Source of the DNA: an uncultured Candidatus Saccharibacteria bacterium
Lineage (GTDB): Bacteria; Patescibacteriota; Saccharimonadia; CAZHVB01
Direction of reading: 5' to 3'
DNA length: 64,000 nt
Assembly (NCBI GenBank): GCA_964600295.1
Contig: CAZRIY010000001.1
Location: 169,733-233,732 of the forward strand
Under the pieces are notes generated by a model. That model made no database searches and had not been told where the DNA came from. It saw only the letters and a program-made list of their open reading frames with translations. The translations under genes and the position numbers were made by a program. Shown here in pieces: positions 55,498-64,000 of the stretch (its first letter is position 1; each line of letters begins with the position of its first letter).

Positions 55498-57183
55498 ATG
55501 GAAGCCGGTATCTTTGCAGAGATTAGTTTAATCCTGGCAATCGCCACTGTAATTGCCGCCCTTACCCAGCTACTCAAGCAGCCTATAATTATCGGCCACA
55601 TTCTGACCGGTATCCTGGTGGGTCCGGCTGTGCTCAACCTGGTTAAATCAACCGAAACGGTGGAGCTATTTTCCCATATCGGGGTAGCTTTGCTGCTGTT
55701 TATTATTGGTCTGGGGCTAAATCCGCGGGTAATTAAAGAAGTGGGTAAGGTAGCTCTCTTAACCGGTCTGGGTCAGATCGTGGTTACCAGCATCATCGGC
55801 TTTGGGTTGGCCAGATTGCTGGGCTTTAGCAGCGTGGTGGCGCTGTATATTGCCGTGGGGCTGACTTTTTCTAGTACCATCATAATTCTGAAGATTTTAT
55901 CTGATAAAAAGGAACAGCATCGGTTGTACGGCAAAATTACCACCGGTTTCTTGCTGGTCCAAGACATTATTGCCATTACCATCCTGATGGCGGTATCTAG
56001 CCTGGCCCAAGAACAAACCAGCACGCTGACCGTTGCCCTAACCCTGGCCAAGGGGATGGCTGCTCTAGGGATTCTGGTCTTTATCTCGGTTTATATCTTG
56101 CCCCGTCTGGCCAATTTCATCTCTCGTTCCCAAGAATTTTTGTTCCTGTTCAGCTTGGGCTGGGGACTGGGTATTGCCTCACTGGCGGCTATTCTAGGGT
56201 TCTCATTTGAAATTGGGGCGCTAGCGGCCGGCGTAGCTTTAGCCTCCACCCCCTACAGCTACGAAATTAGCTCGCGAATGCGGCCGTTGCGCGATTTCTT
56301 CGTCATTCTCTTTTTCATTATTCTGGGCACCAGCGTCAGCCTAACTAGTTCGGCTGGGATATTACTGCCAGTAGTTCTGTTCTCGGCCTACGTGTTGCTG
56401 GGTAATCCGCTACTCATGATGGCTTTGATGGGGAGCTTGGGCTATACCAAAAAAACCAGTTTCAAGGCCGGTTTGACCGTGGCTCAAATTAGCGAATTTT
56501 CGCTAATCCTGATCCTACTGGGTAATCGGCTGGGGCATTTGCCCGATGGAGTGGTGGCCATCATGACCTTGGTGGGGATTATCACTATTGCCGGCTCAAC
56601 TTATATGATGCTCTACGATGACCAGCTTTACCGGAAGCTGGCACCTTGGCTGGGGGTGTTTGAACGCGGCAAGCTCAAACGTGTGGGAGCCGATGATAAG
56701 CCCCACGACATTGTGCTTTTCGGCTACAAAGCCGGCGGACATGGCTTTATCAAAGCTTTCAAAAGGTTGGGGCGTAGCTACCTGGTGGTTGATTACGACC
56801 CAGAAACCATTGATCATCTGAAGGCCCAGGACATAGATTGCCAATATGGTGATGCCAACGATCCAGAGTTTTTGGAAGAATTAAATTTGGGGAGAGTTCG
56901 GTTGGTAATCATCAACCTGACCGATTTTGCTACCAACGCTTTGATCGTCGATGAAACCCGCGCCCGGAGCCGCCGCGCCATTGTGATTGCCATGACCAAA
57001 ACCGACGATAAAATCGAGGAAGCTCTGGAGCTGTACGACCGCGGGGCCAGCTACGTGATGATGCCGCGTTATCTCAGCAGTCTCAAAGTCGGCAATCTGT
57101 TGAAACGCTATGAATTCAACGCCAGCGGTTTTGAGCGAGCCGCCGGCCGCCACCAAAAAGTTTTACATTCAGTACGAGATTAG
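55498..57183 (+). CDS. CPA2/Kef-type cation:proton antiporter with RCK (TrkA-N) domain
   Basis: LLLFIIGLGL, FSSTIII, LLVQD, QISEFS, VVDYDP..YGDA. Confidence 0.9.
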   Translation: MEAGIFAEISLILAIATVIAALTQLLKQPIIIGHILTGILVGPAVLNLVKSTETVELFSHIGVALLLFIIGLGLNPRVIKEVGKVALLTGLGQIVVTSIIGFGLARLLGFSSVVALYIAVGLTFSSTIIILKILSDKKEQHRLYGKITTGFLLVQDIIAITILMAVSSLAQEQTSTLTVALTLAKGMAALGILVFISVYILPRLANFISRSQEFLFLFSLGWGLGIASLAAILGFSFEIGALAAGVALASTPYSYEISSRMRPLRDFFVILFFIILGTSVSLTSSAGILLPVVLFSAYVLLGNPLLMMALMGSLGYTKKTSFKAGLTVAQISEFSLILILLGNRLGHLPDGVVAIMTLVGIITIAGSTYMMLYDDQLYRKLAPWLGVFERGKLKRVGADDKPHDIVLFGYKAGGHGFIKAFKRLGRSYLVVDYDPETIDHLKAQDIDCQYGDANDPEFLEELNLGRVRLVIINLTDFATNALIVDETRARSRRAIVIAMTKTDDKIEEALELYDRGASYVMMPRYLSSLKVGNLLKRYEFNASGFERAAGRHQKVLHSVRD

Positions 57184-57830
57184 CCGCCGGCTTGGGCCAG
57201 TGCGGCTTCTATCTTGGCTTTGAGCTCTTCGTAAGAACGGGGATTGGGCTCAAGTTTTTGTCCGTCGAGTATAAAGGTGGGAGTACCAGTAGCCCCAGCC
57301 GCTTTGCCAAGTTCAATATCTCCATTAATGCGGTCGGTAGTTGACCCTTCGCTATAGGCAGTATTGAACTGTTCAAGATTTAAACCGAGCTCGCCCGCGT
57401 AGTCCCGAAACAGCTGCTGAGCTGAAGTGCTGGATGCCCATTTGTCTTGACGTTCATAGAGCAAGTCGTGCATTTCAAAAAATTTACCTTGAGTTCCGGC
57501 AGCTTCGGCCGCTCGCGACCCGGCAAAGGCGTTGGGGTGGATGGCGGCGATAGGGAAATGCCGGAAAACCAGTCGCACCCGATCGCCATACTCGTCCAGC
57601 AGCTGCTTTACCAAAGGAAAAGCAGCTTTGCAAGCTGGACATTGGAAGTCCCCGTACTCGACTAGCGTTACTTTGGCCTGGGGATTTCCGCGTATATGCT
57701 CATCAGGACGGATTTCCTGGTGATTGGCTGTGTTGGTACTAGGCTCACCCCCGCTGTTATTAAACAGGGCAAAGGCGCCGATGAGCGTGCCAACTGTCAA
57801 AATCAGTATTAACCAAAAGCCTTTTTTCAT
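57180..57830 (-). CDS. DsbA family thiol-disulfide oxidoreductase
   Basis: EYGDFQCPAC, RHFP, GTPTF. Confidence 0.92.
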   Translation of the reverse strand: MKKGFWLILILTVGTLIGAFALFNNSGGEPSTNTANHQEIRPDEHIRGNPQAKVTLVEYGDFQCPACKAAFPLVKQLLDEYGDRVRLVFRHFPIAAIHPNAFAGSRAAEAAGTQGKFFEMHDLLYERQDKWASSTSAQQLFRDYAGELGLNLEQFNTAYSEGSTTDRINGDIELGKAAGATGTPTFILDGQKLEPNPRSYEELKAKIEAALAQAGG

Positions 57831-57904
57831 AATCTACTCTGGTATGTTAGCAAAAAGCCCGAGTTATCACCAATCGCCAATAGTAGGCTAAAATAGCGGA
57901 AGAC

Positions 57905-59215
57905 ATGCGAGTTTTGAGCGCAGAGCTAACCAAACACAAAGGTAAGACAATAGAGCTATCGGGCTGGCTGCACAAAAAACGCCAGCTGGGGGCCATTACC
58001 TTTATTTTGCTGCGCGATCGCAGCGGCCTGGCCCAGCTTAAATTGGAAGATAAACCTGAAGTAGCCAAACTTAGGGGTTTGCAAATTGGTACGGTGTTAA
58101 GCGTGCGTGGCAAAGTGACGGTGGAAGCCCGCGCTCCTGGCGGTTTAGAAATTCAGCAGCCGACTCTTGAGGTAATTGTGCCAGTAACCGAAACCCCGCC
58201 GATTGAATTTGACAAACCGATTGATCACAAGCCCGACAATCTCGACACCTTGTTTGAGAACCGGGTTTATAACCTGCGCAACCCGGCTGAGCAAAAGATC
58301 TTCAAATTGCGTGCTAGTTTGATTGGCTATATCCGCGGCTTCCTAAACCAGCATGATTTCGTAGAGATCCAGACACCGAAGCTGTTGGCTGGGGCCACCG
58401 AGGGCGGAGCCGAAGTTTTTAAACTTGATTATTTCGGCCAAGAAGCTACGCTGGCCCAATCACCCCAGTTGTACAAGCAAATGCTGGTTGGTGCCTACGA
58501 GCGAGTTTATGAAATTGGTCCAGCCTTCAGAGCTGAGCCATCGATGACCACCCGCCATATGAGTGAATCGACCATGCTCGACATTGAGATGGGCTTTATC
58601 GAGGATCACGAAGACGTTTTGCAAATGACGGAACAGCTGGTCTATGAAGTACTGAGCCGGACTTACAAAGAGCATGCCGCCGATCTCAAAGCCCTGGGGG
58701 CTCCGTCGCTAACCATCAGCCAACAGTTTCCCCGGTTCAGCGTGGCCGAAGTTCACAAACTCTATAGCCATGACAGTGGTCAAGATACTAGCCGCGAAAA
58801 AGACTTGCTGCCGGCAGAGGAACGTTGGATTTGCCAATATGCACTTAGCAAGCACGGCTCAGAAGCGGTTTTTGTCAAAGATTTCCCGGTGGAAGCCATG
58901 AAGTTTTACCACATGATCAACCCGGACAACGCCAAAACTGTGCTGTGGGCGGATCTGCTGTTTCGCGGTATCGAGATTGCCACAGTGCCCCAGCGCGAAC
59001 ATCGCCACGAACAATTGGTTAAGCAGATTAAAGCCGCCGGACTTGATCCGGCCCACCCCGCCTACAAGTATTTTTTGCAAGCTTTCAAAGCTGGCCTGCC
59101 GCCCCATGGCGGTTTTGGTTTTGGCATTGACCGCTTGGTACAAACCGTAATTGGGCTGAATAACGTCAAAGAAGCCACGCTATTCCCGCGCGATATTAAT
59201 CGGCTGGCTCCTTAG
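57905..59215 (+). CDS. aspS: Aspartate--tRNA(Asn) ligase, short non-discriminating type
   Basis: ATEGGAEVF, LAQSPQLYKQ, FRAE, PPHGGFGFGIDR, LFPRD; no GAD insert. Confidence 0.9.
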   Translation: MRVLSAELTKHKGKTIELSGWLHKKRQLGAITFILLRDRSGLAQLKLEDKPEVAKLRGLQIGTVLSVRGKVTVEARAPGGLEIQQPTLEVIVPVTETPPIEFDKPIDHKPDNLDTLFENRVYNLRNPAEQKIFKLRASLIGYIRGFLNQHDFVEIQTPKLLAGATEGGAEVFKLDYFGQEATLAQSPQLYKQMLVGAYERVYEIGPAFRAEPSMTTRHMSESTMLDIEMGFIEDHEDVLQMTEQLVYEVLSRTYKEHAADLKALGAPSLTISQQFPRFSVAEVHKLYSHDSGQDTSREKDLLPAEERWICQYALSKHGSEAVFVKDFPVEAMKFYHMINPDNAKTVLWADLLFRGIEIATVPQREHRHEQLVKQIKAAGLDPAHPAYKYFLQAFKAGLPPHGGFGFGIDRLVQTVIGLNNVKEATLFPRDINRLAP

Positions 59216-59538
59216 GCTTTAGGTTTGGGCGAGCGGCTCTTGGGACCAGCGGGTCTGGCCGGCCGATAAGTCTTCTTGACTACGAAGTAATAAACTAGTG
59301 CTCCAATCAGCCACATACCAAAGAAAAAAGACACCAGCAGAATCAAGATCCAAACTGGCTTATCCGCGATATTATTCTTTACGGCGTGAATCAACATCAT
59401 CAGCCAAAACCCCAAGCTAATCAGCATTACCAAGCCAAGCATGATTAACAGAATCATAGCGGCCACGCTCACGCCCAACCAGGCATGCTCGGGTATATCA
59501 TCAGTGCGATAATGGGCCAAAGCCAGTTGGGGCACCAA
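59212..59538 (-). CDS. PLDc_N-like small membrane protein
   Basis: FWLMMLIHAV..DKPVWILILL..GALVYYF. Confidence 0.65.
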   Translation of the reverse strand: MVPQLALAHYRTDDIPEHAWLGVSVAAMILLIMLGLVMLISLGFWLMMLIHAVKNNIADKPVWILILLVSFFFGMWLIGALVYYFVVKKTYRPARPAGPKSRSPKPKA

Positions 59539-59602
59539 AGTCGTTATTAAACCCGGAAAGCTTCAGATAAATTTTTGCAAACTATATTTATGATAACAAA
59601 AA

Positions 59603-60241
59603 CTAAGAGCGGTACCAGAGCTTAGACTTGATCCAGCCGATCAATCTTTGGCGCTCCCGAGGGTGGCGGAATAAATGAATCAGCGAAGGTGAGATTGATA
59701 GCAAAATGATTAGGCCAATAATCGGTACCAAATAACGGTCGATGTTTGGTATGCGTTGGCCAAGATAGTAGCCGAGCAGGGGCAGGCTCAGGCTCCAAAC
59801 CAACCCGCCAACCAGATTAAAGATTACGAAACGGCGATAGGGCATTTTGCCGACCCCGGCCAGTACCGGCGCAAAAGTTCTAACTATCGGGGTAAAACGA
59901 GCTAGAATTAGGGTTTTGCCACCATACTTGTCGTAAAAGTGTTCAGAGCGTTTTAGATGCTCGAGGTTAAATATACGGGCATCTTTGCGCTTGAAAACTC
60001 GGTGGCCAAAGCGGCGTCCCAGCGAGTAGCCCACGTTATCCCCGAGCACCGCCGCGATAAATACCAGTACCACTACAGCAGTTATGTCTAGCAATTGCTG
60101 GCTGGCCAAAAACCCGGCGGTAAACAGCAAACTATCCCCAGGTAGGAAGAAGCCCACCAATAGGCCCGATTCCACAAAAACGATTATGAACAGGCCGACG
60201 TAGCCCGTGGCCTGCAGAATCGAAACTGGGTCCAAGTGCAT
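59603..60241 (-). CDS. dedA: DedA family protein
   Basis: ESGLLVGFFLPGDSLL, GDNVGY, ARFTPIVRTFAP. Confidence 0.92.
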   Translation of the reverse strand: MHLDPVSILQATGYVGLFIIVFVESGLLVGFFLPGDSLLFTAGFLASQQLLDITAVVVLVFIAAVLGDNVGYSLGRRFGHRVFKRKDARIFNLEHLKRSEHFYDKYGGKTLILARFTPIVRTFAPVLAGVGKMPYRRFVIFNLVGGLVWSLSLPLLGYYLGQRIPNIDRYLVPIIGLIILLSISPSLIHLFRHPRERQRLIGWIKSKLWYRS

Positions 60242-60297
60242 AATCCTAATACTACTACAAGGCCACCCCAGCCCACCGGCTGATATATTATGGGTAT

Positions 60298-60723
60298 ATG
60301 GCCAAATCTAGAAGTGTCCGCCGGGAGGGCGCCCGACCAAAAGAGCGGGCGGCCCAACGGATGGAGCAGGCAGTTGAAGCAATGACATTGGCCGGCAAGA
60401 TGCAGGCCGGTAGCTTTGTAGAATTCATTCGGGAACGCGGCGTAGTTGGCTTGGCGGTCGGTGTCATCTTGGGTTCTTCGGTAACCGCTGCCGCCCATTC
60501 CTTTGTGGATAATGTGATTGATCCGGTTTTGGCGCTCCTGATCGGTTCAGAAAACCGGCTTGATCAAGCCACCATTCATCTGTCCACGGCCGAGATTCGG
60601 ATTGGACATTTCATCAGCGCCTTGATTGATGTGCTGCTGCTAATCTTGTTGTTATATATCGTCTTTAGGCTATTGCGCCTGGATAAGCTGGATAAAAAGC
60701 AGCCACGAGTTCGCGACGACTAG
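60298..60723 (+). CDS. mscL: Second MscL family channel
   Basis: EFIRERGVVGLAVGVILG..FVDNVIDP..LRLDKLDK. Confidence 0.75.
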   Translation: MAKSRSVRREGARPKERAAQRMEQAVEAMTLAGKMQAGSFVEFIRERGVVGLAVGVILGSSVTAAAHSFVDNVIDPVLALLIGSENRLDQATIHLSTAEIRIGHFISALIDVLLLILLLYIVFRLLRLDKLDKKQPRVRDD

Positions 60724-60729
60724 ACTAGG

Positions 60730-63234
60730 TTAGTTGGCTCTACGCAACCACCATTTGTGAAGATCGCCGACCGCCATGGTAATCAGCGCGGCCGGAATCA
60801 GGATCAGCAATTGAGCGGGACTGACGGCCACAGTGCCGATGTAGTTTTGCAACGGCCCATAGACGGCCAGGCCAACCAGAACGGCTCCAATTGCTACGCC
60901 GTACCATAAGTGGTGGCGCGGCCGAATAAACCCCCACCAGCTATATTCATACTCACTGCGGCTGTTAAAACCAGTAGCCCACTGCACGGTACACAGACTC
61001 AAAAAAGCCATGGTGCGCCCTAGTTCTAAATTCTGGTTCGAAAAGTAAACAAAAACTGCCACTGAGCAGGCGGCCATAACTATAACTGTCAAAATTAAGC
61101 GGCTTAGCAAATGGTTGCTCAGCAGCGATTCGCGGGGTGAGCGGGGAGGGGACCGCATTTGCTTGGCCTCGGCCGCCTCCATACCCAAGGGAATAATCAT
61201 GGTGGTATCGGTCACCAGGTTTAGCCAGAGGATTTGGGCGGCCGTCATGACTAGCGGCAAACCCAGCACCAAGCCTCCAACCACGCTCAAGGCCTCGGCC
61301 AGATTGGTAGACAATTGGTAATAGATAATCTTACGTACATTGGCGTAGATGCGCCGTCCCTCGCGAATAGCTTCGACAATGGTTTGATAATTATCATCCA
61401 GCAGTACAATATCGGCTGCCTCCTTGGCCACGTCAGTTCCAGAACCCATGGCGATACCAACATCGGCCTTAGCTAGCGCCGGGGCATCGTTAACGCCATC
61501 TCCCGTCATGGCCGCAATTTCGGTTTGCTTCAAAGCTTGCAGCAGCCGAAATTTGTGCTCGGGCAAGACCCGGGCGAAAACTCGGGTTTTAGCTAGAAGC
61601 CGACGCAAACCTGAGCCATCCGCCTTAACCAGTGCTTGGCCTTCAACCACCGCTTCCTGATCGCTAGCAATACCAACGGCTTGGCCAATGGTCCGGGCGG
61701 TATTCAAGTGATCGCCGGTTAACATATAAACTTTGATGCCAGCCGCCCGAGTCTGCTCAACCGCCGATCTAGCTTCCTGGCGTAGCTGGTCGGCAAAGCC
61801 AATCAACCCCTCAAAATCCATATCCGCCAACTTCAAGCTGTCTAAATCTGCTGGAGGATGGCTCAAACGCAGTTTGGCAACGGCAATTACCCGCATATTA
61901 CCCGACGTCATCTGAGCTAGCTTGGTATTAAGTTTGTCCAATTGATCGGCCGATAAATCACAATCATCAATGATAGCTTCGGGTGCACCCTTAACATAAA
62001 CCCTAAATTCTTGATCCTTGCGCCAGGCGACGATGGTTAAACGGCGCTGGTTATCAAAACCCGATGACGCAATTTCGGTCCAATTGCCCGGAGCCGCTCG
62101 ACCTTCACTATATTGGGTGATTAATTTTTCGATTGGGTGAATTAGATCGGGATGAGCATGACTGACACTCAGCCAAAGGTCGGTATTGTCATCGGTTGAG
62201 AGGCTGCCGTCCAGATCCCAAAATTCGGCAATGGCCATCCGATTTTGGGTTAGGGTGCCGGTTTTATCGGTGGCAATAGCTGTTACCATGCCCAAAGTTT
62301 CAACCGCCGGCAGGTTGCGTACGAAGGCTTGTTTTCTGGCCATTCGCCGCACACCCAACAATAAAATAATCGTCAAAGTTACGGGCAACCCCTCCGGTAT
62401 GATCGATACCATCAGGGCAACTCCAAATCGCAGCAACTCCAGCGGGTCTTGTCCTTGCAGCCAGCCCAGACCCACGGCCAAAATTGACAGCCCCAAGCTG
62501 CCCAAAATCAGCCGTAGCGTCAAAGATTTGATCTTAGCGATAATCGGTGCTGGCTCAGATGGCTTGGCTGCCAGCTCGGCTATGCGACCAAATTCGGTGG
62601 TATCACCAATAGCAGTTACCAAGACTTCGGCCTGGCCAAATTCAACCAACGTGCCGGTAAAAACCATATTGGTTTGCTGGTAAATAAGGGGCTGTCCGTT
62701 CAAGCGTGCGCTATTTTTGGCTACCACGTTAGATTCGCCCGTTAGCGCTGACTCATTAATTCTCAAATCATAGGCTTCGAGCAGCCGCCCATCGGCCGGT
62801 ATCTTTTCGCCCTCCGATAGCAGCATAATATCGCCCGGTACCAAGCCGACACTGTCAATCTCTGATACCTTGCCCTCGCGCCGAACCCTGACAACCTTGG
62901 CGCTGTAACGGCGCAGGCTGGCCAAAACCCGCGCCGCCGATGCTCGCTGGAACCATTCAATTATGGCGTTGACCAAGATGACTAGCCCGATTACTGCCGC
63001 ATCGTTACGATGACCGATTGCCCAGCTAACCATCCCGCCTAGACCAAGTACAACCACAAATGCGCTGGTAAAAGGTTCCAGCACCAACCGCCACCATGGC
63101 GTTTTCAAGCGGTCGCGAATTAAATTTTCGCCATAACGAATTTGACGATTTCCAACTTCGGCAGAGGCTAATCCCTGACGGTTAGTTTTTAAAAGAGCCA
63201 TCGACTCTTCGACCGACAGACGGCAGAATTCCAT
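60730..63234 (-). CDS. P-type cation-transporting ATPase (type II)
   Basis: LTGES, PEGL, DKTGTLT, KGAPE, TGDGVNDAPAL. Confidence 0.95.
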   Translation of the reverse strand: MEFCRLSVEESMALLKTNRQGLASAEVGNRQIRYGENLIRDRLKTPWWRLVLEPFTSAFVVVLGLGGMVSWAIGHRNDAAVIGLVILVNAIIEWFQRASAARVLASLRRYSAKVVRVRREGKVSEIDSVGLVPGDIMLLSEGEKIPADGRLLEAYDLRINESALTGESNVVAKNSARLNGQPLIYQQTNMVFTGTLVEFGQAEVLVTAIGDTTEFGRIAELAAKPSEPAPIIAKIKSLTLRLILGSLGLSILAVGLGWLQGQDPLELLRFGVALMVSIIPEGLPVTLTIILLLGVRRMARKQAFVRNLPAVETLGMVTAIATDKTGTLTQNRMAIAEFWDLDGSLSTDDNTDLWLSVSHAHPDLIHPIEKLITQYSEGRAAPGNWTEIASSGFDNQRRLTIVAWRKDQEFRVYVKGAPEAIIDDCDLSADQLDKLNTKLAQMTSGNMRVIAVAKLRLSHPPADLDSLKLADMDFEGLIGFADQLRQEARSAVEQTRAAGIKVYMLTGDHLNTARTIGQAVGIASDQEAVVEGQALVKADGSGLRRLLAKTRVFARVLPEHKFRLLQALKQTEIAAMTGDGVNDAPALAKADVGIAMGSGTDVAKEAADIVLLDDNYQTIVEAIREGRRIYANVRKIIYYQLSTNLAEALSVVGGLVLGLPLVMTAAQILWLNLVTDTTMIIPLGMEAAEAKQMRSPPRSPRESLLSNHLLSRLILTVIVMAACSVAVFVYFSNQNLELGRTMAFLSLCTVQWATGFNSRSEYEYSWWGFIRPRHHLWYGVAIGAVLVGLAVYGPLQNYIGTVAVSPAQLLILIPAALITMAVGDLHKWWLRRAN

Positions 63235-63277
63235 GGTTTAAACTATACCGTTTTCAACCTAAGTTATACTACCTGAT

Positions 63278-63823
63278 ATGAAGCCGCGTTATCTGTTTAG
63301 CTTGGGAGTGGTGGCTGCCATTTTGGCAATCGTTGGTTTGCGTTCTAACGCCAGTCGCTCTATCGAACTCAAGGATGGTATTTTGCAAAAGGATCAGTCC
63401 GGCCTAGAAGTTAGCGCAGATTTAGACAGCTTGCGCCAGTTTGTTTTCTCGCATATGAATAGCTCGGTGCGCTTTGAGCTGAGTGGAGCTTATGACCGAG
63501 CCGTAGCGGCTGCTCGCGCGGGGTCGCAAAGCCATGTTAGCGGCGAGATCTATGCCCAAGCCCAAGCCGCTTGCGGCCCAGAAGTCGGTACCAACTCAGT
63601 GGCTCAGGTAGCCTGTGTGCAAGCCTATCTGGACAGCCATCTCAATCAGCCCAACACCACTCCGGTGAATCTGCCGCCTGCGGCCGAATACAACTTTGCC
63701 TACGCTGCCCCCACCTGGAGCCCGGATCTGGCGGGACTAGGAATTTTAACCGCGACAATACTAATACTGGGTGCTTTCACCAGCTATATCTGGCAATTAT
63801 TCAAAGCCCGGCCGCAAACTTAA
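63278..63823 (+). CDS. Two-TM hypothetical protein
   Basis: LRSN..HMN..C..C..WSPDLAG. Confidence 0.7.
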   Translation: MKPRYLFSLGVVAAILAIVGLRSNASRSIELKDGILQKDQSGLEVSADLDSLRQFVFSHMNSSVRFELSGAYDRAVAAARAGSQSHVSGEIYAQAQAACGPEVGTNSVAQVACVQAYLDSHLNQPNTTPVNLPPAAEYNFAYAAPTWSPDLAGLGILTATILILGAFTSYIWQLFKARPQT

Positions 63824-63831
63824 GGGACAAC

Positions 63832-63999
63832 TTAGGGTTGGACTTGATTGCCCTTGATAGCTTGAACTACCTTGCCGTCTTCTTTGAGATTTTCCCAAAA
63901 CAGAATTTGATCGCGATCGATAAACATTTCGTTCTCGGGCCCATGTAGTTCGTTACCCAACCGGACTAAGGACAGATTATTTTGTTGACTTTGATCGGC
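63832..63999 (-). CDS. C-terminus of a conserved hypothetical protein (partial; not in ORF track)
   Basis: ..LSLVRLGNELHGPENEMFIDRDQILFWENLKEDGKVVQAIKGNQVQP*. Confidence 0.7.
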   Translation of the reverse strand, partial: ADQSQQNNLSLVRLGNELHGPENEMFIDRDQILFWENLKEDGKVVQAIKGNQVQP

Positions 64000-64000
64000 A

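Overview
This window spans the replication origin of a Patescibacteria (CPR) chromosome. The taxon is inferred from gene content and is most like Saccharimonadia. From left to right it holds: (1) a CPR-type T4SS locus with three VirB2-like pilins, VirB6-like, PrgI, VirB4 and murein-hydrolase proteins (1-14.2 kb); (2) dciA-recF-dnaN-oriC-dnaA / rpmH-rnpA-yidC-jag; (3) a ~24 kb surface-glycan locus with wzm/wzt, glycosyltransferases, the UDP-L-FucNAc trio, rmlBCA, a ligase-like protein and two secreted proteins sharing a repeat module; (4) lexA and tRNA-Asn; (5) housekeeping and transport genes. The most striking unexplained structure lies directly behind tRNA-Asn (45.5-48.5 kb). It is an integrase-free array of small co-oriented gene cassettes, each closed by a ~29-bp repeat (consensus GTTCTAACTTCCTCCACYAYGGGGAGCCA) whose last 7 nt match the tRNA 3' end. 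Two cassette genes occur twice as diverged copies. It resembles an integron-like, tRNA-anchored cassette accretion system. Other notable items are a recoded duplicate 3' end of dciA, an ATA start codon for wbjC/fnlB, and small palindromic insertion elements. All product calls come from motif recognition by eye; no searches were run.
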